Source of the DNA: Marsupella aquatica
Taxonomy: Eukaryota; Plantae; Marchantiophyta
Direction: 5' to 3'
NCBI GenBank assembly: GCA_973895155.1
Contig: OZ316895.1
Location: forward strand, 23,954,281 to 24,018,280
Length of the DNA stretch: 64,000 nucleotides
The stretch's first letter is position 1; the number at the start of each line of letters is the position of its first letter. The notes below the pieces were generated by a model. The model worked only from the letters and a program-made list of their open reading frames with translations, made no database searches and was not told the origin of the DNA. The translations under genes and the position numbers were made by a program. Shown here one piece after another: positions 1 to 13,078 of this stretch.

Positions 1-993
1 GGTTTGAAAGCTCACATTTATTATGAATTTATCCAAAGTGTTCATAGTGCCATGTCCTAAGATGTAGAAAGTCACAAGTTTTTCATCACAATCCTCAGTT
101 GCCACAATGTCTATTATCGGTTAAAGTTGTGCATCAAGACATATACCCCCCCTCTTGTAGATCTCCCTTGCACCCGGTGCATGGGGAAGGCATACTATTA
201 AGGGGGGAGGTAGAGGGGTACATATGAAAAGTGGGGAGTAGGTACGGGGAGAGGTGGAGTACGAATTACATACACAAAAAGATGGGAGTATGTACAGGGA
301 GAGGGAGTACATAGGGGCTTAAACCGCCACTGGCCACATAGAAGCTAGGAGTGTCCAAAACTTCCTCCAGTTCCCATATTTCACTCACTTCTCTCCTCTC
401 CATGGCATTGTGCTCCACAATTCCAGGAAAAAGTTGCTTAATTGGTGAAACCTGGTGGATCCAGGTTCTGTCATGGCTAGTGGCAATTTAAGAACCATGT
501 GGGTCATCAGTAGGGCTTGCAGAGAGACAATCTAGCTAGGCCATTGATTTGGAGAAAACTATGGTGGCCTTGAAAAACTATGGTGGTATTCTGATATATT
601 AAAATTAAGACAAAGCAGTAGTTTTGAATAAAGATTATTGGCAAGGTAGATGCCTCAGTCGATTAAAAAGACAAAAGTAGTGGAACCTTCTCAAATCTCT
701 TAGAAACCTGAAATGCAATCATTTTTCATGTCCCAACTCTGCCCTGATTTGGGTGTTGTCTTATTTTAAGGGCCTTACTTATTTTGAGGATCCCCCTAAT
801 TTGGTGGGGTTCCAGCAATGAATAAATAAAAAATAAGGAACCTCACTGAATCTTAGTTTTACATGTGCACTTTGTACAAGAGTGTAGTCTCTAAATGAAA
901 GTACTTTCTTGATTCCAAAGCTAAAAAGAGTACCAAGTTATAATGAATATAGTAGTGAAACTCTTTATGCACATGTTTCATTGCTTCTTGCAG

Positions 994-3028
994 GGCCACA
1001 GGCTACATTGGACACCACAAGCTGAGGGAATTTGTGAACAGGCTTGGTCCACCTTTGGGACGACGTCTCACATTCCAAGACAAGTGGTAAGTAGTATTTG
1101 ACTTTAAAGTCGTAAGTAATTATTTAGTTCATATTTGGTTGAATATATTATGCATTATTTTGTTATCATGAACTCTATCCACTTTATGGAGTTTGAGTGC
1201 ATTTTAAGTATAAGCACACAATACGAAGCATTGCTGATTCTGGGGAGCAATTTAATTACAAACTACAGTAAACAAACAAGGTAACTTTCCAACAACAAAA
1301 AAACCAAAAGATATCATTTCTCATTCAGTGCACACATCATAGCTTCCTTAAGCTTTTGATTGTTCATTAATATATTGTGAATCAAATGCAACAGGTTTAC
1401 TCGGATAGAATATGAAGCTCTCAACTTTCGGAGTTCAAGAGGAATTCCTTTCCGATCATTGCTTGAAACGTTGGTTTTGTACAAAATTGGGCCAAAGGTG
1501 TGTTTGAAAAGTTCAACAACAAATAGCATACATAGGACTTTAGAATACCTATTTAAATAACAAAAATTTAGCTAAATTTCACTAACTGTTATTTTTTCAT
1601 TGTCATTATGCCCAGGTTAAGTCTTCAAAAGATTAATTAAGTTCTTTTTGTTGGAGAATAATCAAAACAATGTTTTTATCCTATCTCAGATCTCATCTTA
1701 GGCTCGGGGGTTTCACTTCCACAAGCATGGCACATCATGTGCAATGAAAGATATGGTCATTTTATTGGTTCTAAGGAATACTTAGGAAGTTTATGGGAAG
1801 AACATTATGGTCTTTTTAATCAACATTTGAAATATTCCAAAAACATTCTAACTTTATAGGGGAACTTAAATAGTAATGTTTTCTTACATTTTAGGGGGTT
1901 GAGGCCTAAAAACGTCACAGCTGATGGGGAGGCCTCCATACAGTGAGACCCTGGCCCCAAGATCTTAGGCTCTCTTGCCTTGGTGGTCTATAGGATCTTG
2001 GGTTTCTTGATAAAGTTATAGTGAGGTTTTTGTTAGTTACTTTGGGCCCCCTTGGGTGCTCAGATTGTGGTATGGTCATGTTTTTGGTCCAGGTGATCTG
2101 TTGAGTGGGCTCCTTGGTGAGCACTGTATGGTTGTTGTCTTTTGGTTTAGCCAACTGTGAGCCTGGTTACCTTGGTCTTGCCCTGTCCATCCATTTCTGG
2201 GATTTTAGGACACTTATTGGAGTGAAGATTCACCCCATCCATGGGAATGATGGGTTACAAATATCAAATAAAAAACTAGGAGCCTGTTGGGGATAACGGC
2301 ATGGAGATCTTAAGGCTTGCAAACTTACTGTAATTACCAAAATTTATGATACAAATGCATGATAGGATTAACTCAACTGTTGATTCAGCTCTACCTAGGA
2401 ATAAAAGCAATGTCAATCTTAACATAGGTCTCAATCATGTGAAATTTTCACTCTCTATGATCTTTATATACAAAAACGTCAACATCAGTTAGGTAATTAT
2501 CCCACGACTCCTTTTAATTTGAAAAGATCTCCTTACAATTCCAAGCATCACTGGAGAGTGTGAAGCCTTAAAATATCACATACATTCCAATAAAGAAAAA
2601 AATGCTGACTCACTAAACACTGATCGATAAGCTGACATAAACCAGATTTTTGCAAACACTACTTTATCCTTGGAGACCAAGATCATGAAAATACTTCATG
2701 AAAACATATTTTTCAAAAGATGATGCATGCAACTGTGGATCTTATTTATCTCAATGTTTTTTTATTGATTAATGTCAATTTGGTTGTTATTGTATAGGGC
2801 TTGGAGCTCCCGTTGAGGATAGAGAGGGAAAGGCAAGTTCAAGCACTATATAGAACTGGTGCAGCTATTAAGATTCAGGCTCTAGGTCGTGGCTACTTGC
2901 AAAGAAAAGGTTTCTATAAAAACAGAAAAGTGGAGGAGACAGAAGAAGACAGAACACCCAAGAGACTCAGATCAAAAGGGTTTGGGTCTCGCATAATGAG
3001 ATCTGTGTCATCATTGAGGAGGCATTAG
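994..3028 (+). CDS. 3' end (last 3 exons: 994-1086, 1395-1497, 2798-3028) of a probable four-domain voltage-gated-like cation channel (NALCN/Cch1/CaV superfamily); the rest lies upstream of the window
   Basis: Phase-consistent GT-AG splicing gives ATGYIGHHKLREFVNRLGPPLGRRLTFQDKWFTRIEYEALNFRSSRGIPFRSLLETLVLYKIGPKGLELPLRIERERQVQALYRTGAAIKIQALGRGYLQRK...RRH*. This reads as an EF-hand-like segment ending in PPLG, a pre-IQ helix and an IQ motif, the order found in CaV/NaV/NALCN C-tails. Family call is from remembered motifs; no search was run. Confidence 0.7.
1703..1961. mobile_element. Non-autonomous TIR element (MITE), copy 1, inside the channel intron
   Basis: Starts CTCGGGGGTTTCACT and ends AGTGAGACCctggCCCCAAG. 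Flanked by the 8-bp direct repeat ATCTTAGG (1695-1702, 1962-1969). Internally similar to 30674-30970. Confidence 0.8.
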
Positions 3029-4387
3029 AATGCATATAACATATGCTCACGTAGCTATTGAGATTCTATTTATACGAGATGTTGAGTATCTCAAATTTTT
3101 TGATGAATCTGAAGTTGAATCTCCACAATAATTCAACTCAACAATTTTGTACATAGCTTTCAAGTGCAGCACCCACATGTCAAGTGATGAACTAATGGAC
3201 TTGTCAATGGAAGGCACCTGTCCATTAAAAGTGACCAAAGCTTGGCCCAGACTGTTATGCTTGTGTCCCCAAGGTGACTGTAACATGATTATGCATTGAA
3301 CAATTTTTAAAGTGGCATATTGAGAATGGAGTGAGCACAAACCTTTGCTTACGTGACAAATTACTTCCTGATTGATAGTTGAAATCACAAGAAGAGCTAC
3401 CTCAATGCAGTTATTCACTCTGTCTAGAAGTACCATGAACTTAAACACCATATCACCATATGTGTTTTGTTGATGACAGCTTATATTTGTTTGTTAGTGC
3501 CATTGCATTTAGTACCCATTGGTTATTGTAAATGGGTGAGTCCTTCAGTCTCTGTTGCAAAAATATTTAGTCATCGATTCAATTCCCTAATTGGTTCCTG
3601 ATTTGTTGAAAGTACTAAATTTGGCCACCATTCCAACCACAAATGTTCTATATTGATTCTCACTATCAATATGATTATATGAAGTTGAAGTTGTCAACCG
3701 GTGAGAATCAATATATTGAAGTTGTCAACCATTATGAAGTTGACTCCCCTATATTGATTCTCACCGGTCCAGTCCCCCACAAACGACCCCCCTCTATAAT
3801 TTTCACTCAACAAAGGGTATTGGCTAGCTAATTACTAGCCCAATACCATGCACTGCATGTTAGTGTAGTCATGTTGTCATTAATTAATTACAGAAGTGTT
3901 CATTATCATAGCAGTAGTGTTGCAAGCAATGTTGTAAGATGGGCAAAGACATGGGCTTGCATGAGCTTGTCAAAGCGTAAGTGTTGTCATGGTGGAAATC
4001 CCATATCAAATATATCCCGTGATATGGGACCTCCCTTGTAGTGAGCTCCCCCCCCCCCCCCCCCCCAGGGTTACAATAACCCCTTCAAGAGGATGTATTA
4101 CCCTACACTTAAATGGGCACGTAAATCTCTTATGTATTTTTTTTCTTTGTATCTCTAGAGATGGTTATGAGGCATTACCCTTTGGGTGAGCAGCTAAGCC
4201 CCTAGTAAGTCAGCCTGGCCTGGGGATTTTCAATTTTGAATGAGAGTAGATCCACCTAAGGCACAAGAAGTGAGAAACAGTGACAAATCCCAGTTTTGCA
4301 GTGTAAAAAGTGAGATGAATGTTTCAAAATTCACTTGGGGCTCATGCTCTTTAACTATTCCCCACTTGGGGATAATGAGCCCTAAGC

Positions 4388-4720
4388 CCTCTTCAACCCC
4401 AGGTGATTCAGGTGGGTTCAATGGGTGATTATTGGAAGCGGGGTGGCCCACTTCCACCTTTCATATGGCTAGTAGAGGGTTAAGCCCTTGAGGGAATGGG
4501 TTACCCTACACCAAAAAACCTCTTCAACCCCAGGTGATTCAGGTGGGTTCCATGCGTGATTATTGGAAGTGGGGTGGCCCACTTCCCCCTTTCATATGGC
4601 TAGTAGCAGGTTAAGCCTTTGAGGGAATGGGTTACCCTACACCAAAAAAACCTCTTCAACCCCAGGTGATTTGGGTGGGTTCCATGCGTGATTATTGGAA
4701 GCGGGGTGGCCCATTCCCAC
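4388..4720. repeat. Tandem repeat, ~130-bp unit, ~2.5 copies
   Basis: CCTCTTCAACCCCAGGTGATT...GGGTTACCCTACACCAAAAAA recurs near 4388, 4519 and 4651. Confidence 0.85.
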
Positions 4721-6054
4721 TACCATTGGTGGGAGCCGAGCAAAATTGATTTCGAACGGGTGAACATTTTGTATGCAAATTTTTGGGCCAAAAATCACCC
4801 CTGAATTTGCTGTGCCAGACTAGGGAGAGAAGCTACAGTGAGCTGGTGGAGCCAGTGATGGACTGAGTCTCGAAGCAATTGCACGCTTGGATTGTTGTGG
4901 GTATTCCAGGACCTGCCGTAGCTCTTTCGCTATGTTCTGTTCGACCTGAGCTTTCATTTTATCCTGTTTCTGCAGAGTTGTGACAAGCTCTGTTGTTGTT
5001 GAATGTTGAGTTGCAATGAGAGCGTGGCAGTGCCGTCCCAACCAACTAAATGCCTGATCGATGAGTATGCATGACTCTATGAAAGTCGCTTGGCTCAGAA
5101 TGCGGAGGGCGAGGTCGTTGAGCTGAAGAAGCCCCAGCAATGGAGCAATCCTGTCAAGTGGCCTAGGGCTGCTGAAGTTCGTAAGCGGGTGAGAGCAATT
5201 TTCGCATTGCGGAAATCTGTGGTCCCATACAAGATCTGAGCTCGTACTTCGAGATCTATTGGGACTTTCTGTAGAAGGGATACATATTTTTCAAAGGAAC
5301 TGGCCTTGCCCAGTGGGAAGAAAACAAGATGTTATTCTAATAAGTCATTTGTTGGATCTGTTCATCTTTAGATTTTTGGGCCTTCCAGGTGCGAGTGCAG
5401 AGTTCTGTAAGCTTGCATCACCATCGAAGCTCAGCATGTCAGTGTGGGTTGCGCTTAGTCTTTTCAGTACTTTCGGAAAGTCTCAGCTATTTCGGCAGCA
5501 TCATACGGATTTCTAGATTGGGTGCTGCAGGATGGAACTGAAGGTGAATATTTGTGCGTTATATGCTCGCAAGTGTACCGTATGGTAGCATTTGGTTTAA
5601 AGTGTGTCAGGTTTTGGCTATTCTTAATTCGCTTCTAATTAGTATGGACAGCCACTACTGCAGCAGGTATTTGTTTTGGGAACGAAAATCGTTCGAATTC
5701 AGCAATCTTTGCATGGACGGTCGGAGCCAGGTAATGTAGATGCTGCAAGCATTGTATATTGGTGAGCTAAGAAAACCTTGAAGGATCCCACGGGTTTTAT
5801 AGAAAAACACCAATTGTTGTTGGTCTTACGAATTTCTAAAAAGTGTATTCGAAAGTCAAAATGACAAATGCTCATATTGGGCCCCGTCCTCGGTAAGGAG
5901 GACATGCCATTTTCTTTGGGAGTAATTGATGAGGTTTATTTATGAATGTAAAATAAGATCTGATTTTTGAACTCTGTTGAAGTATAGACTGCCAATTTGG
6001 CCCATAGGAGGTTTTTGAGCCTAACAGGCACGAGGTAAGCACTGCCTGTCGTCG

Positions 6055-6198
6055 GATTTAGCATCATTGGGCCTTGTACAGTAGATGACAAAGAAGACTA
6101 TTAAGAGTTGACAGGTATCCAATCGCAGATTTAGCATCATTGGGCCTTGTACTGTAGATGATAAAGACAATTGTTAAGAGTTGACAGGTATCCAATTC
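6055..6198. repeat. Tandem duplication, ~73-bp unit x2
   Basis: GATTTAGCATCATTGGGCCTTGTAC...TTAAGAGTTGACAGGTATCCAAT occurs twice. Confidence 0.85.
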
Positions 6199-9054
6199 CT
6201 GGAATTTTCTGCACCTTCTTTGTGGACCCTCTGATGGCATTCGTCGTCGTATCTATCAGAGCTCTTTGGCGCTTGGCACTCTTGGAAGAAATGGAAACTA
6301 AAACGAACAAATGCTGGAAGGCTAACAAGAACATGATATAAACAAAACACAAAGGACCAAAGCAGGCTAAAGGAGTGCTTTTGGGAACCCCAAACGGACT
6401 TGGTATCCAGGAGCATTGCAGCTAAGTATTTATAGTCCGAACCATTGTCAAGACTGTAGATAATCACAAATCAAATCAGGTCAGAGTTCCCGAGGGTGAA
6501 TCTCACTGATCCCATCAGTGGATGAAATCTTCAATAATCGGTATGACGATGTTCACAAGTGAATTCTGTGCATGCATGCTACGGTTTGCTCTACCTCATT
6601 CGTTTTTCCATACATAACCTGAGTTTAAAATAGGCCGAATTGGTTGCCAGTCGTGCTGTCTACAGCCCCATTATCTAGTTCATGAGTGCAAGGTTAGATT
6701 CCAAGCTACGTAGCTGGAATTTATGGGAAGGGTTTCAGTGAATATTTTCAGGGGGCCGTGGGAACGAAATTCTAAAGAATCTATCTGAAGCATAACACTG
6801 TCTCCAGTCGGAAGTAAAACCAGGCTCAAGACAGACGACGAACGTCTTCCAAGTGGACAGCTATTCGTAGAGGGCAGACAAGCACTAGGCAAAATTTTCG
6901 GTCAATTGTTTTGCACTTGTGTTAAAGGCAACTGCTCAGGTTGAATTCTCGACTTGCTGGGTACAACATACAAAGTGATAATTGCAATCATAACATCGAG
7001 AAAGCGCTGGATGTGAAGCATTTTGTCCAGTTTCTGACAAGCCTTTATAAAATGAAGGTTGGGAATGTCAGCTCCTCCAAGACTAACGAAATAGCACGGT
7101 TAGTGCAATCTAGGCCTCACACCTACAGAGTACACACCAAGGCATGTGGTAAAATTCGCAGAAAACCTTTACTGGACATGTATCGCAGTTGACACGTAGA
7201 CAATACGGGCGGTAGTTGGCAGACATCAAACAACACCAGGAGTCCAAGCAAAAGAGGTCTAATAGGCCAAATTTTTAAGGGAATCGGGGGCTATACCATA
7301 AACAATGGATAGAAAACTTTCCATCTGTAGGATGACCTCGAGGGTCACTGGCGGCTGAGAACTTATCTACGCATTTGCATACCTTGCTTACGTACGCGTA
7401 AGATAAACCCCCTGCTATTTGGTTCTACTACATAACGACTTGAGGTTCATTTACTCAGGAGAACTCTGGATAGGGAAAGGGTTCCCATGATTGAACTCCT
7501 GCAACAAATGCCCTTCGATTCAGTCAAACGTGTAATTTCCCTGACAAACGCACAGTTCTCTAGACAGCGCAACCCTGGCAGTTTGAAGCATTTGCAACTC
7601 CCATTCCTTCCTCATGCAGAGATTGTCCAAGTAACCTCGAAACTTCTAACAAACGAAAAGAAAGGCTTTATCCCATCCTCCATGCTCTGCAATCAGAATG
7701 GGTCTTCGTAGAGCAAATACAAGATTTCGATAACACCTTCACGTGGCTTTTATCTCTTCAGTAGCACTTTTGCATTGACCAGCACCTTTACAAATAGCTT
7801 TTCCTACCTTTGAATCGTTAGGAGCAGGGTACCCTCAAGTTTCGACGTAGACATTCCATCTTACCCTTGCTTCATAATTATGATAAACTCCTTTTGCCAG
7901 CGAAAAAACATGTAGCCTATGTAGAAGCCAGAATAAGCAGTCGAAAGTAGAAACTAGAGACCGTCACAAGAGTCTGTCTCAACATCCTCGAACATCATCA
8001 TAACGAATTCCATCAAGATATGATCCAGGTGTCTTTGCTCAGTCACCTTCCCTGAATCGTAATAATTATCTTGAGGACAATTGATGTCTACTGGTTACTT
8101 TTTCTCTCGATGGATCTCGTGGAGCTGATCATTTGACATGAAGCATTTAGTTAGTGGACCCGTCCTTATGTATAGTTCAACAATTGTAATGAAGCTAACA
8201 CTACTTAAGTAATAGAAGTACTCTCTGTAAAAGAAAATCCTCCAAATATTGTCATTATCTGAGGACATCATCTGAAGCAGCATACCGTGCACTGGGCTAA
8301 GTGCCAAGTGCCCACAGGTTGCATGGCTTTTCCAGACCATGATAATCCCTATGATCCTAGTCTACAACGACTTCAACATTAATATTAAACCACAACTACA
8401 GGTAGAAAAGATGTTTGTACAGCGTACCTTTTTCTACTCTCGTCAGGATTCATAACAAGGAAAGAAATGGGCCAGCGAGCAGACCAAAACAGAAGTACTC
8501 TAATTTTTATTTATAAAAACAATCTTCATTTTTTAAGCGGCCAAACTTAGCAGCCATATGTGGCCTGCTGAAATGGATGGATGGGATTACTAGATGCAAA
8601 CAAAAATGGATGGCCAAGACAGCAAGGATTTGAATTTGAATGGAGGGCCAAGATCTCTGGAGTTTGAATTCCACCAATATGATCGAAGAGACTGGTTTTC
8701 CTTTTATTTCTTACTTAGTACTCCATAGCTTTGGCTGAAATGTTCACCAACAGGTAGATCCGTTTTTGGATGAGCTCTCTGGGTAACCTGGAGCGCTATG
8801 GGAGGCTCTTGTACCCCCAGGCATGGTTTAATTAAATGTTCCAAGATCACAACAAACTAAGTAGCTTAATGTGCTGGGACCACAATTACTTGATAATATT
8901 TGCGAGACTTCTCCCTTATGTCAAAACCCTTTCAGTTACTCAAACTCATGACCACTCGGCAAAAAGAATTGGCTCCCGTTTATCCCACAGGTGCTCAATA
9001 AGTAGTGGCTGCCATCAGATTCAGGATGATCCATTTTCTACTGATTTTGTCAAG

Positions 9055-9126
9055 TTTTAGGGTGTTCAAGCCTTCAAAACGTAGCACGTGATTTTGGGGG
9101 GCGCTCCATATAGTGAGACCCACAAG
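9055..9126. mobile_element. Diverged right terminus of the same MITE family
   Basis: TTTTAGGG...AAAACGT...CCATATAGTGAGACCCACAAG matches the right ends of 1703-1961 and 30674-30970. No left end or TSD found. Confidence 0.55.
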
Positions 9127-10760
9127 CTTCATGCTTAATGTCATACTTGCACAGAGCCGGGACTGGGATAGAGGGTTCAGTTATGCCCACGCATGGACCA
9201 TTGATGCAACCGCAATGGCTGCGGAACCAAGTGTAGAACTTGGGGCAAAACTAGGTTGCAATTGAGAAGCTATATCCTGGGATCCAAGAAGACTCTTGGA
9301 GAGCTAGTGATACTAGTGTGTGAAGCTGGTGATGACCACTATAACACTGGGAGGAGAAGCCAAAACTTTGGACTAGGGTCAACATGCTACAATGGGTCAT
9401 TTTACCTTGATCCACCAGATATTTTAATTTTATTATACCATTCTCTGATCGTACAATAGGTGGCTGGTACCACAATATCTGCCAATACTGTTATATAAGA
9501 AAGTGCAGTTAGAAAGGATAGATCAAGTGTTGGATCTCCTCATAATAAGGAATGATTGAGCAGTTTGGATTTTAAAGGAGATACTAAAAAATGCGGTTGG
9601 GTAAGAAACAAGTGTAACGGATGAAATAGCTTGCGATCCAATGTTTGAGAATGCATTGAACAAATAATATATTAATTCATGTACATGCAAAGCTAGGCTA
9701 TAAATCATCAGGTCTAATTATGGCTTTTTCTGATCCTTAGTCCAAAACAAAACCCACACCAAGTTGACAATGAAACAAGGCCCCAAAAGGTTAAAACCAT
9801 AATTCGTCAAAAGTAATTGGGCTAATCTATTCTCCACAATAAAGTGACTATGGAAGGTTCACGTTCTAAGGGGACCAAAAGTCCAACACGTTCCTGTTCC
9901 ACACAAGTGGGTAACACGTTTGCCTAAACTCTTCTTTATGGGCACTTTTAGAGGCTCATTGCAGATCACGACAAAAGAGCAGCCAGGACAAAAACCCACA
10001 TTCTCTTAAGAACGAATTAAAAAAATGCAAACACCCACATTCTTCTTTTGTGTTACCTTTCCCCCTCCTCCTTTTCCCCCCTTTATTGAGCTCCTTTGCC
10101 ATTGGGACCCTGTCTCAGGCTCTGCCTTTTTGCCCTTTGGCACTGTGATATATATTTGCACTCTTTGATACCTTTCTATCTCTTCTCCACGTTAACCTCG
10201 TTTGACTACCACGATCTGCAATTCTGGAGTTTATGCTTCTACTGGCGGGGCCTCATTTATAAACTTTTGGCCTTTTGGCCCTCCAACTGAATGGGAATTC
10301 CTCTAAAGCGAATGGGAAGAGGGCAGATGGCAAAAACTTCACACCAAAGGCTGAACTAAGTTGTGAATTGGAGAAGCCAGAGGGTAACAATACTGGCGAA
10401 TCTTACCCAGTACATGCTAGAGATGACGCTCCAAGCAGCCATCCATTGCAGGGCGGTCAGCAAAATCCAAAAATTCATTTATGTAAGTTGATTCTGAATG
10501 GCTGCCATTTAGGAGAAAAGTTTTGTTGCTTGCAAGCACAACATTATGTAACACTAGCCTGATTGCCCATTCCTTGAACATAAATAGATGACAGTCCGAG
10601 ACAAAAGAGCCTTGCCAAAAAAAAGGATTCCACTTTATTTTTCTGTTCATGTTTGCCCGCCCTCATCCCTCTGCACCCTCCCTTTTAGTTACCCTCTCAT
10701 GCCCTGATTTAGACTGATTAGATCTAGAGTTAAGGTCTAGAGACTTCCCTCTAGACAATA

Positions 10761-10835
10761 GACCCAGGACATACCTTTGTTCACCCTTTATTAGTTAGAC
10801 CCAAAGACATAACTTTGTTCACCCTTTATTAGTTA
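10761..10835. repeat. Tandem duplication, ~37-bp unit x2
   Basis: GACCCA..GACATA.CTTTGTTCACCCTTTATTAGTTA occurs twice. Confidence 0.75.
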
Positions 10836-12977
10836 CTGTAGATATAGGTTCATGTATTGCAAGGATATGTCTGTCAAATGGATTACCAGAACTGAAAGTC
10901 CTCATGGACACACACTTTTGTTGGGACTACCATGATGAACACAACCATGTGACATTGTAAGAAGAATCTCCAATTACACCTAACAAACGGATTACCGTCT
11001 TAGTTTCATAAACGGAAGGAAACCTTGCTTTAGACCTTATGGTTGAGTTAGACGGTCACCGCATCCTTGCAGGGAGGAAAAAGTGGACGGACTACCGGAA
11101 GAATCAATCTAATACAGACTGGTCCCGGTCACATACTTTCTTACAGGTCACTTTGGGATTACAATCAAAAAGCATGCTACAAGAACAAACAATGATATTC
11201 GAGTTGTGTCTATGTGGGTGTCCATCCTGGCTTTCTTCCAAAGGTGTGTCCACGGGTACTTTAAATCAGGATTACCAAATTGAGATAAAGCATGTACAAG
11301 AGGTAGAAATGAAAATGATACATGTAGTACTACAGTGGTTGTCTACCTGGGCTGGAACAGGAGCCCCGCTGGCCTCTGCAGGTAGAAGGGATGGTCTGGC
11401 CAGATGCTCGTGGAAAGATACTAATTATGAACCTTCTGTTCAGGGCCTATGGTCCTAGCAATGGTCTACAATAATAATAATGAATCCTCTAGAGTATTAT
11501 ACTCTCGGGGCGTAACTGAAATATAGTAGGGGTGCAGGTGGAAAATGGGGATTGGGGGCTGGATGTGTCTGTAAAATTGACCCAGCTTGTGAGGAGTCAC
11601 TTGAAACTAATAACACAAATCAATGAACAGCAGGCTTAATTAAATGACCTAGTAACACAAATCAATGAACGGCAGGCTTAAACTTGAATGTACTCAAAAG
11701 TTCAGGCTATCAGGCCAGTGCTTGGAGACACCCTTGCATACTGTGATAACCCTAGCTTTTTTTTCAATCAATGAATGCATCCACATTTTGATGTGTGATT
11801 ACCAGCAGGGCTTGGAGATGCTCAAGGGTAAAGTTATAGCAATGCCAAATTTAAGGAGAGGGGGGGGGGGGGGTACATTGTGCTCTTCTTCCATGTAAGA
11901 ATTTCCGTGTTTAAAACATTTACTTAAAAGGTGCTAGTGCTTGTTACTAAGATATTTTACAAGTAGGTAAAGCTCAAACCTGAATCATGGTTGTACGCTT
12001 TTGGCGAGCGGATCGAGGTTTGTTTTTCTGTTGTTTGGGCTTTGGGCTTCAAAATGCTCCAGTTGCTGACTTGCTGGAGATATTACGACAAGTTGGCCAG
12101 CTCGCACCTGGCATGTTGGATATTTCCATGCTAGACTGAGCTGAGCGGAATTGAGTGGTTAAGTTTGGATATTTCCGTGTGGCACAGTGGCAGTGAGGAG
12201 CGGAGCTGAGCTGAGCTGAATTGAATTGAATTGATTGGTGAGTTCGAAGGACCCCAACCAAGGGTCAAGGGAGAGAAGGTACACAGGGCGTCACATCCTG
12301 GGCGTGGACAAGAGTTGGGCATTCGCGTCGATCGTACAAAATTAAAGGGAAAGATTGATCCTACTACTCTACTGGTTTCGTACGATGGCCATATTGTACA
12401 GGAAGTTTCGTCTGAGTGCTACGGAAATTTTGTAGGAGCTGTACATTTTTGCAGCTGGCGTCTTGGATTTTGCCGTGGTGAGTCAGATCCTGGGCTGGCT
12501 GGCCTGGGGAGCAGCCATCATGTTGATTTAAAGTGTACGTACTCGGGAAGCAGTATCATGTCTGGTCTGGTTGTTGCAGAACTGTCAAGTGATGTAATTG
12601 CTAGAGAGAGTGAGTCACGTACATCCTTGTTGGGCACTTGGACCTGTAGTTGTTGTACACAGGTCTGGAAGGGGATGTTGAACTTGCTAAAAAGTGTCAC
12701 ATCCTCGGTCGGCCATCGACGTTTGTTGAACACAGTGTCTATACAGGAATCTTGAATGAGCACGCTGCTTTCCGGGATACTAACTTTTCAATTGCGGCCC
12801 GAGCCGACCAAAAAGGCGGTGGTACGTATGTTACATATTGTTCAATTGTGTTGTAGGCAGTACTTTCAAGTAACCTACAGTTACTGGAGTGGTGTAGATT
12901 GATTCAAGTAGGTGGGTCTCTACTGCAGCGCTGGGCAGAAGAAACGAACGTCGACAGACTGGCTCCCTGCCAAAAAG

Positions 12978-13078
12978 CGTCAGGATAAGTGTTACTGCTA
13001 GCCTGTGATCTCCCCACATCATATTGTCGTCAGGATAAGTGTGACTGCTAGCTGTGATCTCCCCACATCATATTGTCT
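12978..13078. repeat. Tandem duplication, ~50-bp unit x2
   Basis: CGTCAGGATAAGTGT.ACTGCTAGC.TGTGATCTCCCCACATCATATTGT occurs twice. Confidence 0.85.

Noticed and set aside
12231-12755. 174-aa ORF
   Set aside because: Non-ATG start, no recognisable domain and no supporting splice structure.
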